DNA from: Haliotis rubra
Lineage: Eukaryota
DNA length: 64,000 nt
Assembly: GCF_003918875.1 (NCBI RefSeq)
Contig: NW_025765092.1
Span: 1,860,001-1,924,000, forward strand
Direction: 5' to 3'
Each line of letters starts with the position of its first letter. Position 1 is the first letter of the stretch. A program made the position numbers and the translations under genes. This document shows, one piece after another, positions 51,985 through 64,000 of this stretch. Below the pieces are notes generated by a model. That model made no database searches. It worked only from the letters and a program-made list of their open reading frames with translations, and was not told where the DNA came from.

Positions 51985-52657
51985 TGAAGTGCGATTGTGA
52001 CCACGTAGCATGGTCCCGACGTCGGGTCTCCTGGCTCTCAGTCCAATCTCTCTCAACCTGTTCCGTACAGTTTGACCGGATATCCTCCGAAGTCCAGGCA
52101 CCCTGGCTGCTGTGCTCTCACCCGTGGCAGTACGATCCCGCAAATGTAGTACCCAGATGTACCGATCTTGGCCTGCAGTGGCGATTCGAGGTCTGTTTGG
52201 ATGTAACGAGCTGTAAGCAGTGATATCGTGATCAGACTAACATTCAGACGCTTGGCAACAGAAAATTGGTAATCTCCAGCGTGCATTCTTTCAATGGCGA
52301 TGTTCCGTGTCGCAGCGTCAATACGTGGCGTAGTGATTTGACCTTGAAACACCTTCAAAACGAATGCCGATTTCCAAAACTAATCTGGATCTTTATAGCC
52401 AGCCAATGCATGCTCTTTGCTGCACAATTTCAACTGGAAGGTGATTTCTGTTGCGTTGTGGCGATGCCTTTTAATTCTTGTAAGAAATCTCATCAAAATC
52501 AACATTTTCAGGTAAATTCGGTGTTTCACTTGTGCAATAGTGTAAAATCATGTTATCAACACTTTTGTTACATATTTTGACGATTGTTTGAACACAATTG
52601 GTAATTAATAGATTTTAAATATACAAAACGCCTATGCGTTTCTTTTGTGAAATAGTA
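51985..52657 (-). mobile_element. Truncated Tc1-like element: left TIR plus N-terminal HTH region of the transposase
   Basis: PRIDAATRNIAIERMHAG..SVAKRLNVS..TISLL and RRISGQTVRNRLREIGLRARRP; end TA|TACTATTTCACAAAAGAAACGCATAGG. Confidence 0.8.
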
Positions 52658-53574
52658 TAGTTATATGCTACAAAGCTATGATAAAGAATTGTCCTTATTC
52701 ACTAATACGGTACATGCTAAGGTACCACCAGAAGGCAATACGTTTATTTCTATCAGGATCTCAAACATTTAACTCGAATAGTGTTTCTTACTGAAACGAA
52801 AATGTGAATCAATTTCGTAAACAAAAAAGCATTTTGACCGAGTAAGTAATTGTTCCAAGTGTATGGTTCTTGAGTGTCCTTCTCACAAAAGAACATCTGA
52901 AGTTGGTAAAGTATGGCCAACATAGAACCGCTGAAACAGAAGAGGAAGATGGTATTATTGCTTCTCTCACATAGCTGTTCACTCGTTAGCTAATGGTCAT
53001 GTGGTTGTAAATGCGGCGGTTTTACGAGCATCAAAGGACCATGTCTACTTTAAGCATGAAGCTATGATGCGAAGGTAGGTTTTTCAGACAGTGCAGTTCT
53101 GTGTGTTATCACGTAATAGAGACAAAGCCAATTTCATTGATCGCTCTGGAAAACTATTTGGTGGAGAATCAATGTGTCTCGCTTTCATGCTGTTGCGATG
53201 TACCGTTCAACAACCGGAGTCCTGTGATGTACATTAGCAACTACACGGGGACGTTGCTGACTCATGCATACGTGCAGGAAGATGCAGATACACATGTATG
53301 CACATCTTTCAATGTAATACACGTTCTGGACGTTCATTATTTTCCGGGTGAAGCTAGTCTTGTCATTACTTTGTCATTTTTCTAAATAGAAGCGACCAAA
53401 CCCTTTCCACATTTATAAGAAATCTCTGCCAAAAGCAGAGTCGATTGTACAATTGTGACTATATCATGAGCAGATGTTTGTTTCAGCAGCATTACAGCTG
53501 TATGATGTTGTTTGTAAACAAATCGGGTCTGAACCAGACAATCCAGTGATTGTCACCATGATACGATGACAGAG

Positions 53575-54545
53575 CAAGTGTTTATGAATCACTAGGAAAT
53601 AGTGATGATACCAGGTGTTCGAGAAAAGGTGAGCGTATCCTGCCCCACCGGTGGCACATATAAACATATTCTAAGTCTAGTCATTTGATCACCTGAAATA
53701 AATCGGGAACGTATGGTATAAGTCAAAATAGGGAACTGCATCGGACATCATTTTGTCACTGATTCATCAAATTTGGAAATTTCCTCAACATGTGTTTCAT
53801 AAAACTTCTTGAAAGCTTTATTGAGGCCTTCACTGTTGTAACCTTGATCAAACAACTTCTGAGGAAGAGTAGCATGACGTTCTTTGAAATCCTGATAAAA
53901 AGGGCACGCTCGATTGTACCTCAAAATTTGTGATATGTAACCACCAAAGGCTGGAACTGTTGGAATATTGCTCGACATGAAAGGGAAGTTGACTATTGGG
54001 ACGTTGAAATCATCCCTTTTGTCATACAGCTTTGTGGAGAGTTTTCGTCAGTCTGAATCTTTATACATAGATCTAAATATGAAACAGTTGAGGCGGTCTC
54101 ACTTGTCTCCTTAATTTCAAGTTCAGGTGGGTAAATCAGTGAAAGGCAGTTGGCTATTTGATGGTTATTGAACGATATCAAATCATCGAAGTTCCGGAAG
54201 CTTATGTTAAACTGATTAGCCAAATTACCTTGTTGTTTTTCAGAAATTCTGATTCATATGCATAAAGAAACATATCCGCATGGAGGGGAGCACAATTGTT
54301 GAGCATGGGGATGCCTACTTCTTGGCGAAATGTTTTACCCCCAAATTTCACAAAGATGTTATCAATGAAAAAGTCACATATTGTTTTCTCGGTAAGCATC
54401 AAATGACATTTGCTTTCATTTTTGACAAATTGTCCTGAACCTCTGAAGATAGATAGGTATATATTTGTTCACTTTTGTTCACAAAAGCCCCATGAATCAA
54501 GGAATAAAGTTTTTCTTTAAATTTGTTATGTGGGATAGAGGTATA
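53575..54545 (-). pseudogene. Penelope-like element remnant: RT C-terminal half plus 3' terminal region
   Basis: DNIFVKFGGKTFRQEVGIPM.NNCAPLHADMFLY, FRNFDD, IYPPELEIKET, VSYLDL, LYDKRDDFN.PIVNFPFMSSNIP..PAFGGYISQILRY; frameshifted. Confidence 0.8.
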
Positions 54546-54552
54546 GGTTCGG

Positions 54553-54735
54553 CGAGTGAGTGAGTGAGTGAGTGAGTAAGTTGGGTTTTGCGCCGCTTTG
54601 GGTTTAGCAATATTCCAGCAATATCACGGCAGGGGACACCAAAAATGGGCTTAATCATTGTACCAACGTGGGAATCGAACCCGGGCCTTCATTGTGACGA
54701 GCGAACGCTTTAACCGTTGTGGTACCCCACCGCCC
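54553..54735 (-). mobile_element. Family B SINE at the break of the PLE remnant
   Basis: (GAGT)n...GGGAATCGAACCCGGG...TACCCCACCGCCC. Confidence 0.87.
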
Positions 54736-55565
54736 GTTGTACAGTCCGAACCAGTATATGGTCTGTTATTGTTGTACAATTTAAAGGTTTACCTGCCATG
54801 TTGGGCACGGTTGTTCGGTCAGTGTATGTTTATGCAAGATGGAGCGTGGGTGAGTTAATGCCATTGTGTCAGGCCTATTCCAGATGTATCACTGCGGTCT
54901 GTGAATATTCGAGTTTGGGCAGATCCAGGCTGTCGACAGTCAATAGACCAGGGTTCATTCCAGAAAGCAATTATAGCGCGAGGGTCATCATAATGCCCCT
55001 ACTCAATGGTTAATGACTGGGTTGTCTATTAACACTGTGTGGCACAGAACCCAGGTCCAGTCTTCCACCACATCTTCTGCACTGGGTGCCTCTTACAACA
55101 TGGGGCTTTGGGTCATCCATTTTCTCCCGTTTTGGAACATTGCGTTTTGTCACACTCATGTTTTAAATACGCAATGTTGAGCTGATACAGTATGACTATT
55201 GAAAATAAAAATTAAAATAAATTTAAATTTAAATTTTAGAATTGAATTCTTTAAATTTAAAAAATCAGTCTTGGTGGAGAGGTAGAAGAAATGAGAGAAA
55301 ACATGAGGCTGAACAGAACATTTCTGCTGGTGCATTGTCTAAAATAAGTCGTCGAAATTCATACATATTTCGTCCAAGGCATCACATTTCGCTGTTAAGA
55401 GTTATGTCCCCTAGTTGTGCCAGGAGGCTATAATTGTGGGTTCGTTGGACCAAAACGCCCTGATAATGTTTCTAGGTCTGTCAGCACTATCCCCGTGATT
55501 GTGGGTGTCACCAAAGTTGTACAGGTTCAAGGCGTGCATCACCTCAAACTTTCCTCTCTCATCAA

Positions 55566-55907
55566 TCTCCTCCGTGGTGTAGAGGTTAGAGCGTCCCCCC
55601 GGAGAGCGGAAGGTCGCGGGTTCGATCCCCGGATTCGTCATGCCAAAATACGTTAAAATATGGTATTTGTTGTTCCCTGCCTGGCGCTCGGCATTAATTG
55701 GTAAACAAAGACTGGTCGGATCGGAGTCAGTATAATCTGTCTAAGGTATTCATGCTAATCTGCGGCATGGTGTCTCAGTGAGCTAGCTCAATAAAACCAG
55801 CTTAAGTCTGGGCTAGTACAAGCAGCTACACATACACACCCATGCGCGTCGTCATATGAGCGAAATATTCCTAAGTACGACATTAAACCCCATTTCACCT
55901 CACCTCG
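55566..55907 (+). mobile_element. Family C SINE, full length: tRNA head, Meta/MESC-like domain, shared tail
   Basis: A box GTGGTGTAGAGG, B box GGTTCGATCCC, CGTCATGCCAAAATACGTTAAAATATGG domain; TSD CTCATCAA at 55558-55565 and 55908-55915. Confidence 0.85.
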
Positions 55908-56210
55908 CTCATCAAATTGCATGCTTCGTTACAACTGACATACAGTTGACAACCATCAAACCAAACTCCTTCACTCGGTATTATGCAGTCAGGTAGGGTT
56001 AACCTGACACTGATAATATACAGATTAGATTGAAGCATCTCATCAAAAGCCATAAAAACAGTCAAAACCAACCTTAAGAAAACACTATATTCAACTATTT
56101 TGTCAATGGTAGGGACGAGGGAGTAATTCGTCACACTTTTGTCTCCAATGAAACTGATCGGTGTCCAGTGGAATAGCCACTGAAGCAGCACTGACGTGAT
56201 GGGTGATTAG

Positions 56211-58181
56211 AGTGAGTGAGTGAGTTCAGTTTTACGCTGCTTTAGCAATATTCCAGCAATATCACGGCGGGGGACACCAGAAATGGGCTTCACACATTGT
56301 ACCCATGTGGGAAATCGAGCCGGGGTCTTCGGCGTGACGAGCGAACGCTTTAACCACTAGGCTACCCCACACGCCCAATGAATGACAAACACACAATGAT
56401 GAATTATTTGGCACCTTTGTACGGAATACAATGACTGAATATACTTTCGGGGTTCCCCATACAAACAGAGGACGGAAGGACAGGCATCTTTGCACTTTGC
56501 GCTAATCCTAGTTTACAGCATTTTAGTTGTTGTGTGGTGTTTTCAGAGTTTTATCCAGTTTTGGGAACTTTAATAATTTACTGTAAGAAACAAAAAAAAT
56601 ACATTAGAAAGAATAGCAGCTCAAGTGGTGAAAATATGGGTTTTTGATTAAATAATAGATAATCTGACATGATTTAGGCTTTAAATGATAGAAAATAACG
56701 TTACATTGATGAAAAGGGAAGAATAATTACTTACATGATTGTAATTGATTTGGATATTACCAGATTGAAGGCTAAGAAGAATTTTCTGATGTTTTACATG
56801 TGTTTTTGTAAAGGGAGATAACTCTAAAACTACCACGTTGAACTACCACCTTGATCTACCAGCTTGCTAAAACAAAGGGAAGGAGCCTGGGTTCAAAACC
56901 GCTGAACCGCTAACTATGCAAATATATTTATAGTGTTTTTAATTTATGTTTTTTAAAGTCTTTGGGGTTCTTTTAAAGAGTTCCTTCACTTGTTGTACTA
57001 AATGTCCGGGTTTAATCATTATCGTGTCAATTTCTGCTGGTCTCACGATGGTCAATATCGTCTACATTAGCCGGAAATGGTCGCTTTTCGGTAAAGATGA
57101 GTCGGAACTGACTACATATAGCAACACAATGCATGACGGCTGGTGGATGAGTGAGTTTGTTTTTAATCAACTTTGAGGCATGGTCCTTACGGTGTTGGTG
57201 AAAGTGAGTGAGTGAGTGAATTTCGTTTTACGCCGCTTTTAGCAATATTCCAGCAATATCACGGCGGGGACATTAGAAATGGGCTTCACACATTGTACCC
57301 ATGTGGGAAATCGAGCCGGGGTCTTCGGCGTGACGAGGCGAACGCTTTAACCACTAGACTACCCCACACGCCCAATGAATGAGAAACACACAATGATGAA
57401 TTATTTGCACCTTTGTACGGAAAACAATGACTGAATATACTTTCGGGGTTCCCCATACAAACAGAGGACGGAAAGACAGGCATCTTTGCACTGCGCTAAT
57501 CCTAGTTTACAGCATTTTAGTTGCTGTGTGGTGTTTTCAGAGTTTTATCCAGTTTTGGGAACTTCGAAGGTAATTTACTGTAAGAAACAAAAAATAAACA
57601 TTAGAATGAATAGCAGCTCAAGTGGTGAAAAATATGGGTTTTTGATAAAATAATAGAAAAACTGACATGATTTAGGCTTTAAATGATAGAAAATAACATT
57701 ACATTGTTGAAATGGGAAGAATAATTACTTACATGATTGTAATTGATTTGGATATTACCAGATTGAAGGCTAAGACGAATTTTCTGATGTTTTACATGTT
57801 TTTGTAAAGGGAGATAACTCTAAAACTACCACCTTGAGCTACCAGCTTGCTAAAATAAAGGGAAGGAGTGTGGGTTCAAAACCGCTGAACCGCTAACTAG
57901 GAAAATAATATAGTGTTTTTAATTAATGTTTTTTAAGTCTTTTGGGTTCTTTTAAAGAGTTCCTTTACATGTTGTACTCAATGTCCGGATTTAATCATTA
58001 TCGTGTCAATTTCTGCTGGTCTCACGATGGTCCATACCGTTTACATTAGCCGGAAATGGTCGCTTGTCGGTAAAGATTAGTCGGAACTGACTACATATAG
58101 CAACACAATGCATGACGGTTGGTGGATGAGTGAGTTTGTTTTTAATCAACTTTGAGGCATGGTCCTTACGGTGTTGGTGAA
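56211..58181. repeat. ~0.99-kb tandem duplication (56211-57202, 57203-58181) with family B SINEs at each junction
   Basis: Both units start with a minus-strand SINE B and end GGTCCTTACGGTGTTGGTGAA. Confidence 0.92.
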
Positions 58182-58542
58182 AGTGAGTGAGTGAGTGAGT
58201 GAATTTCGTTTTACGCCGCTTTTAGCAATATTCCAGCAATATCACGGCGGGGACATTAGAAATGGGCTAAAGCAAATATCTGCCCATGATATAGTGACAA
58301 TCACTGGATTGTCTAGTTCAGACTAGATTTGTTTACAAACAACATCATACAGCTGTAATACGACTGAAACAAATATCTGCTCATGATATAGTGACAATTG
58401 TACAATCGACTCTGCTTTTGGCAGAGATCTCTTATGAAATCGGACAGGGTTTTGTCGCTTTTCACACATTGTATCCATGTGGGGAAACGTGTCTTCGCCC
58501 TGACGAGAGGACGCTTTAACCACAACTCTACTCCACCACCCC
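58182..58542 (-). mobile_element. Family B SINE interrupted by a ~190-bp insert (58269-58459)
   Basis: The SINE stops at GAAATGGGCT and resumes at TTCACACATTGTATCCATGTGGGG. Confidence 0.75.
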
Positions 58543-59932
58543 TGTTCTTGAAAGCAAAGTGTCATGCATTTCTTTCGTTTAGGATTTTTACACAGCCTTG
58601 GCATCGTTTGGGTGCACGTAAATCCAAGTTGTTTTGACCGCGATTCCTTGGGTGCGCCGGAAACCTGTGATCTACATCTCCCACCCTTGATCACGCGACT
58701 TCAACTGGACAACTGTTCCAGGAGGCGTGTGTCGTGGGTAGTCATTAATGTGAAGAAACTGATGTCTATTGCCAACACCACTGTATTAACCAACTATTAA
58801 CAATCACGAGTTAGGAAGGACATGGAGAACTGCAATTTCGCATGAGAGAACTGATCAGTGACAACCGACGGGTTTGCTGAGGGACACTGGCTTGAGTAAC
58901 CTTGTGTTGAAATTGGTTATGTAACGCAAAATTGTTTAGACTTATTCTACCTGTCGATTTCCAAGCTGAAACAACAAGTTAACCCAGAAACCTTTACATC
59001 AAAGAATTCAGTGTCAAACCAACCACCAATAACTATGACAATATATACAATTAACAATTGTATTATTTGAATAATAGGCTGTGAATCAATAACAACAACC
59101 GCAAAGTAATTACAATGGCCGTAGACAAATTGGCAGTACAAAATCCATAGGCCGGACAATTATAAAGCTGGTATATTTGAAGCAACAGTGGTCAGTACAT
59201 GTACCTAGCAGCAGAAGTGGTCAAGCTTCCAAACTAGACTTAGGCTGGATATCTATGTGAGCGGTCTTCATATACTTACTTTTGTTTTATTAATGTATGT
59301 TTTTCCAGCAGCTTCCAGATTCGTCTTTACTGCTAGTCTAAGTAACTCGCACACCACTACCCAAAACGGATTTGTCACATAAAAGATGTAATACAATTAC
59401 AACATAGTCTCACAATGGATAATACTGCCATGTAACAACTATCCTTTCAACTGACATTTTATTGTGTGCTGTAGGTTTCACCGAAAGAGTCCCGAAAATA
59501 GATCTTCTATTTTATACACAGGCTGTGGTGTTAGTTGGCACTCACAAGCCAATCAAAGTACGTGATATTTTAGTCAGCCAATCAAAGTACTTCAAAGTGA
59601 TGATCCTCACTGAAAAGTTAATTCATCACGGTTTACCTCTGATTTGGTTGATAATTCGGTTTAACACAGCGATCAGCATCGTTTCAGTTATATCACCGCA
59701 TGTCGGCTAAATGTGGAACGAAACCCTTTCATGACGTTGGACGTAGGCGTTTGCCAAGTCAGTGAAATCCGGTAACACGGACTGGGTGCTGTGAGACTTC
59801 GGACTCAGATCAGAGTGAATCTCGGACTGGAAAGGGTAAATGAGTTGTGTACGGTTGTATACAGACAACTTCTATACGACCATGTGTACATAGCATATAT
59901 CACCCTCTTGGTGAGCCACCAATACCAAACTT

Positions 59933-60150
59933 ACTGTGACGATCCAGGTTAATATTGGTCTTCAGCAACCCATGCTTGTCGGAATAGGCGACTAACGGGA
60001 TCGGGTGGTCAGGCTCCCTGACTTGGTTGAAACAAGTCATCGTATCTCGATTGCGTATATCGATGTTCATGCTGTTGATCATTGGATTGTTTGGTCCAGA
60101 CTGGATTATTTACAGAGTTCGGCGTTAAACAACCAACCAACCAGCCAGCC
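59933..60150 (+). mobile_element. Family A retroposon, (CAAC)n-tail variant, diverged
   Basis: GGTCTTCAGCAACCCATGCTTGTCG..AGGCGACTAACGGGA...GGCGTTAAACAACCAACC. Confidence 0.85.
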
Positions 60151-61189
60151 AAACAAAATTAATAAACAAGAAAAACAATCATGAGGAACCGGGATTCGAA
60201 CCAACGATCCAACATTTCAACATGCCAATGAGACAACTGATATCAGTGCCTTAGACGAATTGACTAACCCATTCCCTCTTCATTCGACCCTCGTTCGTGC
60301 CGATCTGTTGCGATAAAAAAAGGAACTTTGGGTTCCATGATCAGAAGTCTATTTTCAAAACGACACGGTCACCCGCCCCCAGACCTTTCCTATGGATGTA
60401 ATTCAAACAAACCAAGGAACCATACTACTGAAAATCACCCTTCCTTTAGAAAATCCCAACAATCGTAAATTATCATCGAAAAAAAAAATGAATAATAAAA
60501 TCCAAAACATTTCATTCGGGATGCCTTGAAAACCTCACATGCATGTTGTAACTGATCCGTACAATTATACGAAACATTTAAAAAAGAATAAAACGACCTT
60601 ATAACAAAGAGTATTATCACTGTGATCTTCAGTCGTGTAATGAACTATCTCATCTAATCCATAGCATAGAACTCGCCCATAATGGCCAACACGACCACGA
60701 AGGTTGCACTCAAGCCACATCATTCAGCCCAAATCTCAGGATCTTTGGCAACCATACCAGCAGCTTAATATCGAGCTAGTTTACAAATAGCTCAATGGGT
60801 TTGAAGCATAAATGACTTTTGTACCCATCAAATTCAAGAAAAGGGTACAGCAAAAACATCACCTACATTTTCCAATGGGAAAAAATATGGAATGTGAACC
60901 ATATTATAGGCTCACTGCTGAAAGTGTTCAAAGACTTCCTCTGATCTTGGTCTATTTTATGCTGCATCAAAGTCAGCGGCCTTGTCCAGAAATATAGGAC
61001 ACCTTGGATGGCTTTCTCAGTACAGCTGACATTAAACTCCTTATTAGGGCTGTAACAAGAAATACAATATGCATCAGTTGCTCAGTCTTTGAGATGAGAA
61101 ATATCTTTTCAAGTTATGTTGCACACAGTAATGAAGGGGAAAATTTATGGATGTCATCTTCTGTTATATGTGGAACACGATGTTTTGGA

Positions 61190-61430
61190 GTGATTGAGTT
61201 TAGTTTTACGCCGCACTCAGCAATATTCCAGCTATATGGCGGCGGTCTGTAAATAATCCAGTCTGGACCAGACAATCCAGTTATCAACAACATGAACATC
61301 GTTCTACGCAATTGCGATACGATGACATGTGTCAACCAGGTCAGCGAGCCTGACCACCGGATCCCGTTAGTCGCCTATTACGACAAGCAAGGGTTACTGA
61401 AGATCAATTCTAACCCGGATCTTCACGAGT
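61190..61430 (-). mobile_element. Family A retroposon, full length, 12-bp TSD
   Basis: TSD CGATGTTTTGGA at 61178-61189 and 61431-61442. Confidence 0.93.
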
Positions 61431-61570
61431 CGATGTTTTGGACTGTGTTCATACCTCCTCGTCAGGTGAATGAAGGATAGAATTATCGATGGCGACATAT
61501 GAACATATTAAACAACAAACGTGTTGTTAGATAAGATAACAAAGGTGGACACTTAACAAAGAATGCCAAG

Positions 61571-61682
61571 TAGGTACATGGCGCCGATTGGTTATAGCCA
61601 AATAGAATTCAGGAGTATATTTAGAATAGGTACATGGCGCCGATTGGTTATAGCCAAATAGAATTCAGGAGTATATTTAGAA
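61571..61682. repeat. 56-bp perfect tandem duplication
   Basis: TAGGTACATGGCGCCGATTGGTTATAGCCAAATAGAATTCAGGAGTATATTTAGAA twice. Confidence 0.9.
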
Positions 61683-64000
61683 ATTAGTTTTAAAATGTTG
61701 TACATAAACTATTGTCTTACCTTCATGTAAAATACTTTAATTGCATCGGTCAATGAGACTTTTACAAGTTTTCGTGTCCCACCTCCCAGGAGGATGGCAA
61801 CTGGAAAAAAATTACCCGCTAGTACCACGGTAACCGCCAAACTCTCCACCGAGAAGCTCTATCGCTAACAATCGTATGACGTCATAATATGACGCATGTA
61901 GTGCATGGAGTTCGAAAACCGTTCGATTATCTGTTTTTGAGCGCACATATATTTTACCGACTTTCACTGCTTTATTTCAACTATTTTATACATTGAATCC
62001 TTTGCACTGTCAACATCCAAACTCTGGAAGCGACGTCGTTAAATTCTGTAAATACCTCACAATATCTGTCAGATCAGCTTGTTCTTAAAAGTCTGTCATA
62101 CTCTTGCTTCAATGTTCATTTGTCTTGGCCGTCAGTAACCATGTCATCATTAACTCGTATCTTAACATTATTGTACACAAAGTGAACCGTCTAATGAGGT
62201 TAATAAGCAGCTATGACCAAAATTCCTTCCACAATCCTAAGACATCCCTGACAATGTCTCAGTTTGATATGTACGAAAAGCTAAAAGTAACATTGGTTTA
62301 CATAACCGCATTGGTGCAACGCTCAGGACAGATGTCGTCCATTTTGTTATGCTAGAGTTGAAAGATAATTTCAAAGTTTCACAAATCCCAAAATCCCCTT
62401 CCGTAATTGTATTGGATGTCAACTAGAAGCACAGTCCGTTTGCACGAATGGCTTACATCATGGGCATGTGTGTAGGAATCACTGTCAGTAAGGTTGATAA
62501 TAGGTTTCCGCGAAAAGGTGAGCCTATTCACGAGCTCAAAGGATATGGAAACCAGTTCGTTTGAAGTCCAATGTTTTCACATAAATGTGACAATTAATAT
62601 ACACTTTAGGCATTTTTATGACGTTTAAGTATAAAATATGTGTTCATATTATTAAGCAAAGCATAGTGCATTCTAACCAGCGCTAATGCCAATTCCTTGA
62701 CATAATGAGAGCATGAGTCACATGACCGTGTGACGTTATACCAACGAGTCGAAACCAACACTAGGGGAATAGGTGTCACGATCGAGGATTCACACATTTA
62801 CAGTTCGAGCGATAGTCAGCTGAAAGTCAGCAGCTTTATATCTTTACATTAAGGCACACATTGGAAGGAATTGATATCCCGTTATTGATGGCGCTCTAGA
62901 AATAGAACCGTTTCAGTCCAAACCCCAGTTGACAGCGGGAATCACAGGGACGATGACAAATCGACTGAATCAACTGGATTCCAGTGAGGTGTTGGATAAC
63001 ACAGAATGATGTGCATTATTTCTTATTTTTTAAATATATTAATACATAAAAATGTCTGAGCATTGTTTCACCAGACCGTGCCAAACAAGAGTAATAATTC
63101 AGAATAGTTTCTCTACTTTTACGACACATGTATCCACGTGTATCCAGTTTACGACACTGGGGATATGCAAACATAATCAATGCACTCCAACTATCGATAA
63201 TGTCCGTCTTCATTAGGATACAGAGTCTGTAGTTTTCTGTTAAGAAGATAAAATGTAATTGTACACGTTCAGTGTCGAGCAAGTACCATGTGTTTGGGCG
63301 TGTTGCACTTCGTGCCGACATTTTAGCACACAGCTCAAATGTTCTGAATTTTTGAATATTTACAAATATGTCAATGCTGACCGTATGCCGGACTACTGCA
63401 ACTCCGGGATACATTATACCGCATTTACTTTGTCCGGAACTCCGTAGATATTACACAGTCCTTACCTGTCAAACACATCTGTCTGCTTCCTTATCTTCGG
63501 ATACATGAGCTCGTGTCATAGACAACCTGGCTCTCATTCCATTCGTGGTCATCTATGTAAACATTATTTTCCTTTAGCCAAAAACTTCTCCATGCACTCC
63601 AGTACTATCTAAACTGACAACCAAAAGAAACTTTACCGCTTTCAAACGAAACTTAAACCACACAACAATGTTCTGTGCAGAAAACGATAGCGATAGCAAA
63701 AACTGAAAAAAACCCGGCCTCGAACCTGATACAGTCAATCACGGTATATAAATGATTCGGGCGGCATCTGGGATCTCATGAATCTTTAAGTTCGACAGTG
63801 ACTATGTCCTCCAAGCAACCGTCAAGAACTGATCCACCCATCAAATTGGGTCCGTAAGTATGTCACAGCACTTCGCCAGACCTGTGACAAATAACGTAAA
63901 CTTGGTACGGTCTTAATAAAATCATATTTAGTGGTCGTGCAATTTGGAACCAGAACTGGTTCTTGAATATATGCTTGTCACCGGAAATCTGATACCGGAA

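Overview
This is AT-rich eukaryotic non-coding DNA from a draft assembly with four N-gaps (31731-31969, 32441-32617, 32786-33028, 45706-45835). The repeat content suggests a mollusc, probably a gastropod such as abalone; that is inferred from recalled repeat families, not checked. No host protein-coding gene can be supported, and almost all ORFs in the track are chance or repeat-derived. The window is dominated by three short retroposon families that share one 3' tail. Family A (~240 bp, more than 14 copies) has no tRNA head, a fixed 5' end ACCCGTG, and a pseudoknotted head with compensatory base changes. Family B (~165 bp, ~20 copies) has a tRNA-Asp-like head. Family C (~340 bp) has a tRNA head plus a Meta/MESC-like domain. 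Also present: a nearly complete DD34E Tc1 transposon, a second Tc1 fragment, decayed L1/Tx1, R4/Dong-type, L2 and Penelope-like retroelement remnants, several TIR elements/MITEs (including a Kolobok-like TTAA element and a hAT/P-like element), mini- and microsatellites, and local tandem duplications. The best candidate for something undescribed is the structured-RNA head of family A, a possible self-processing ribozyme or non-tRNA promoter module; this is a hypothesis from manual folding only.
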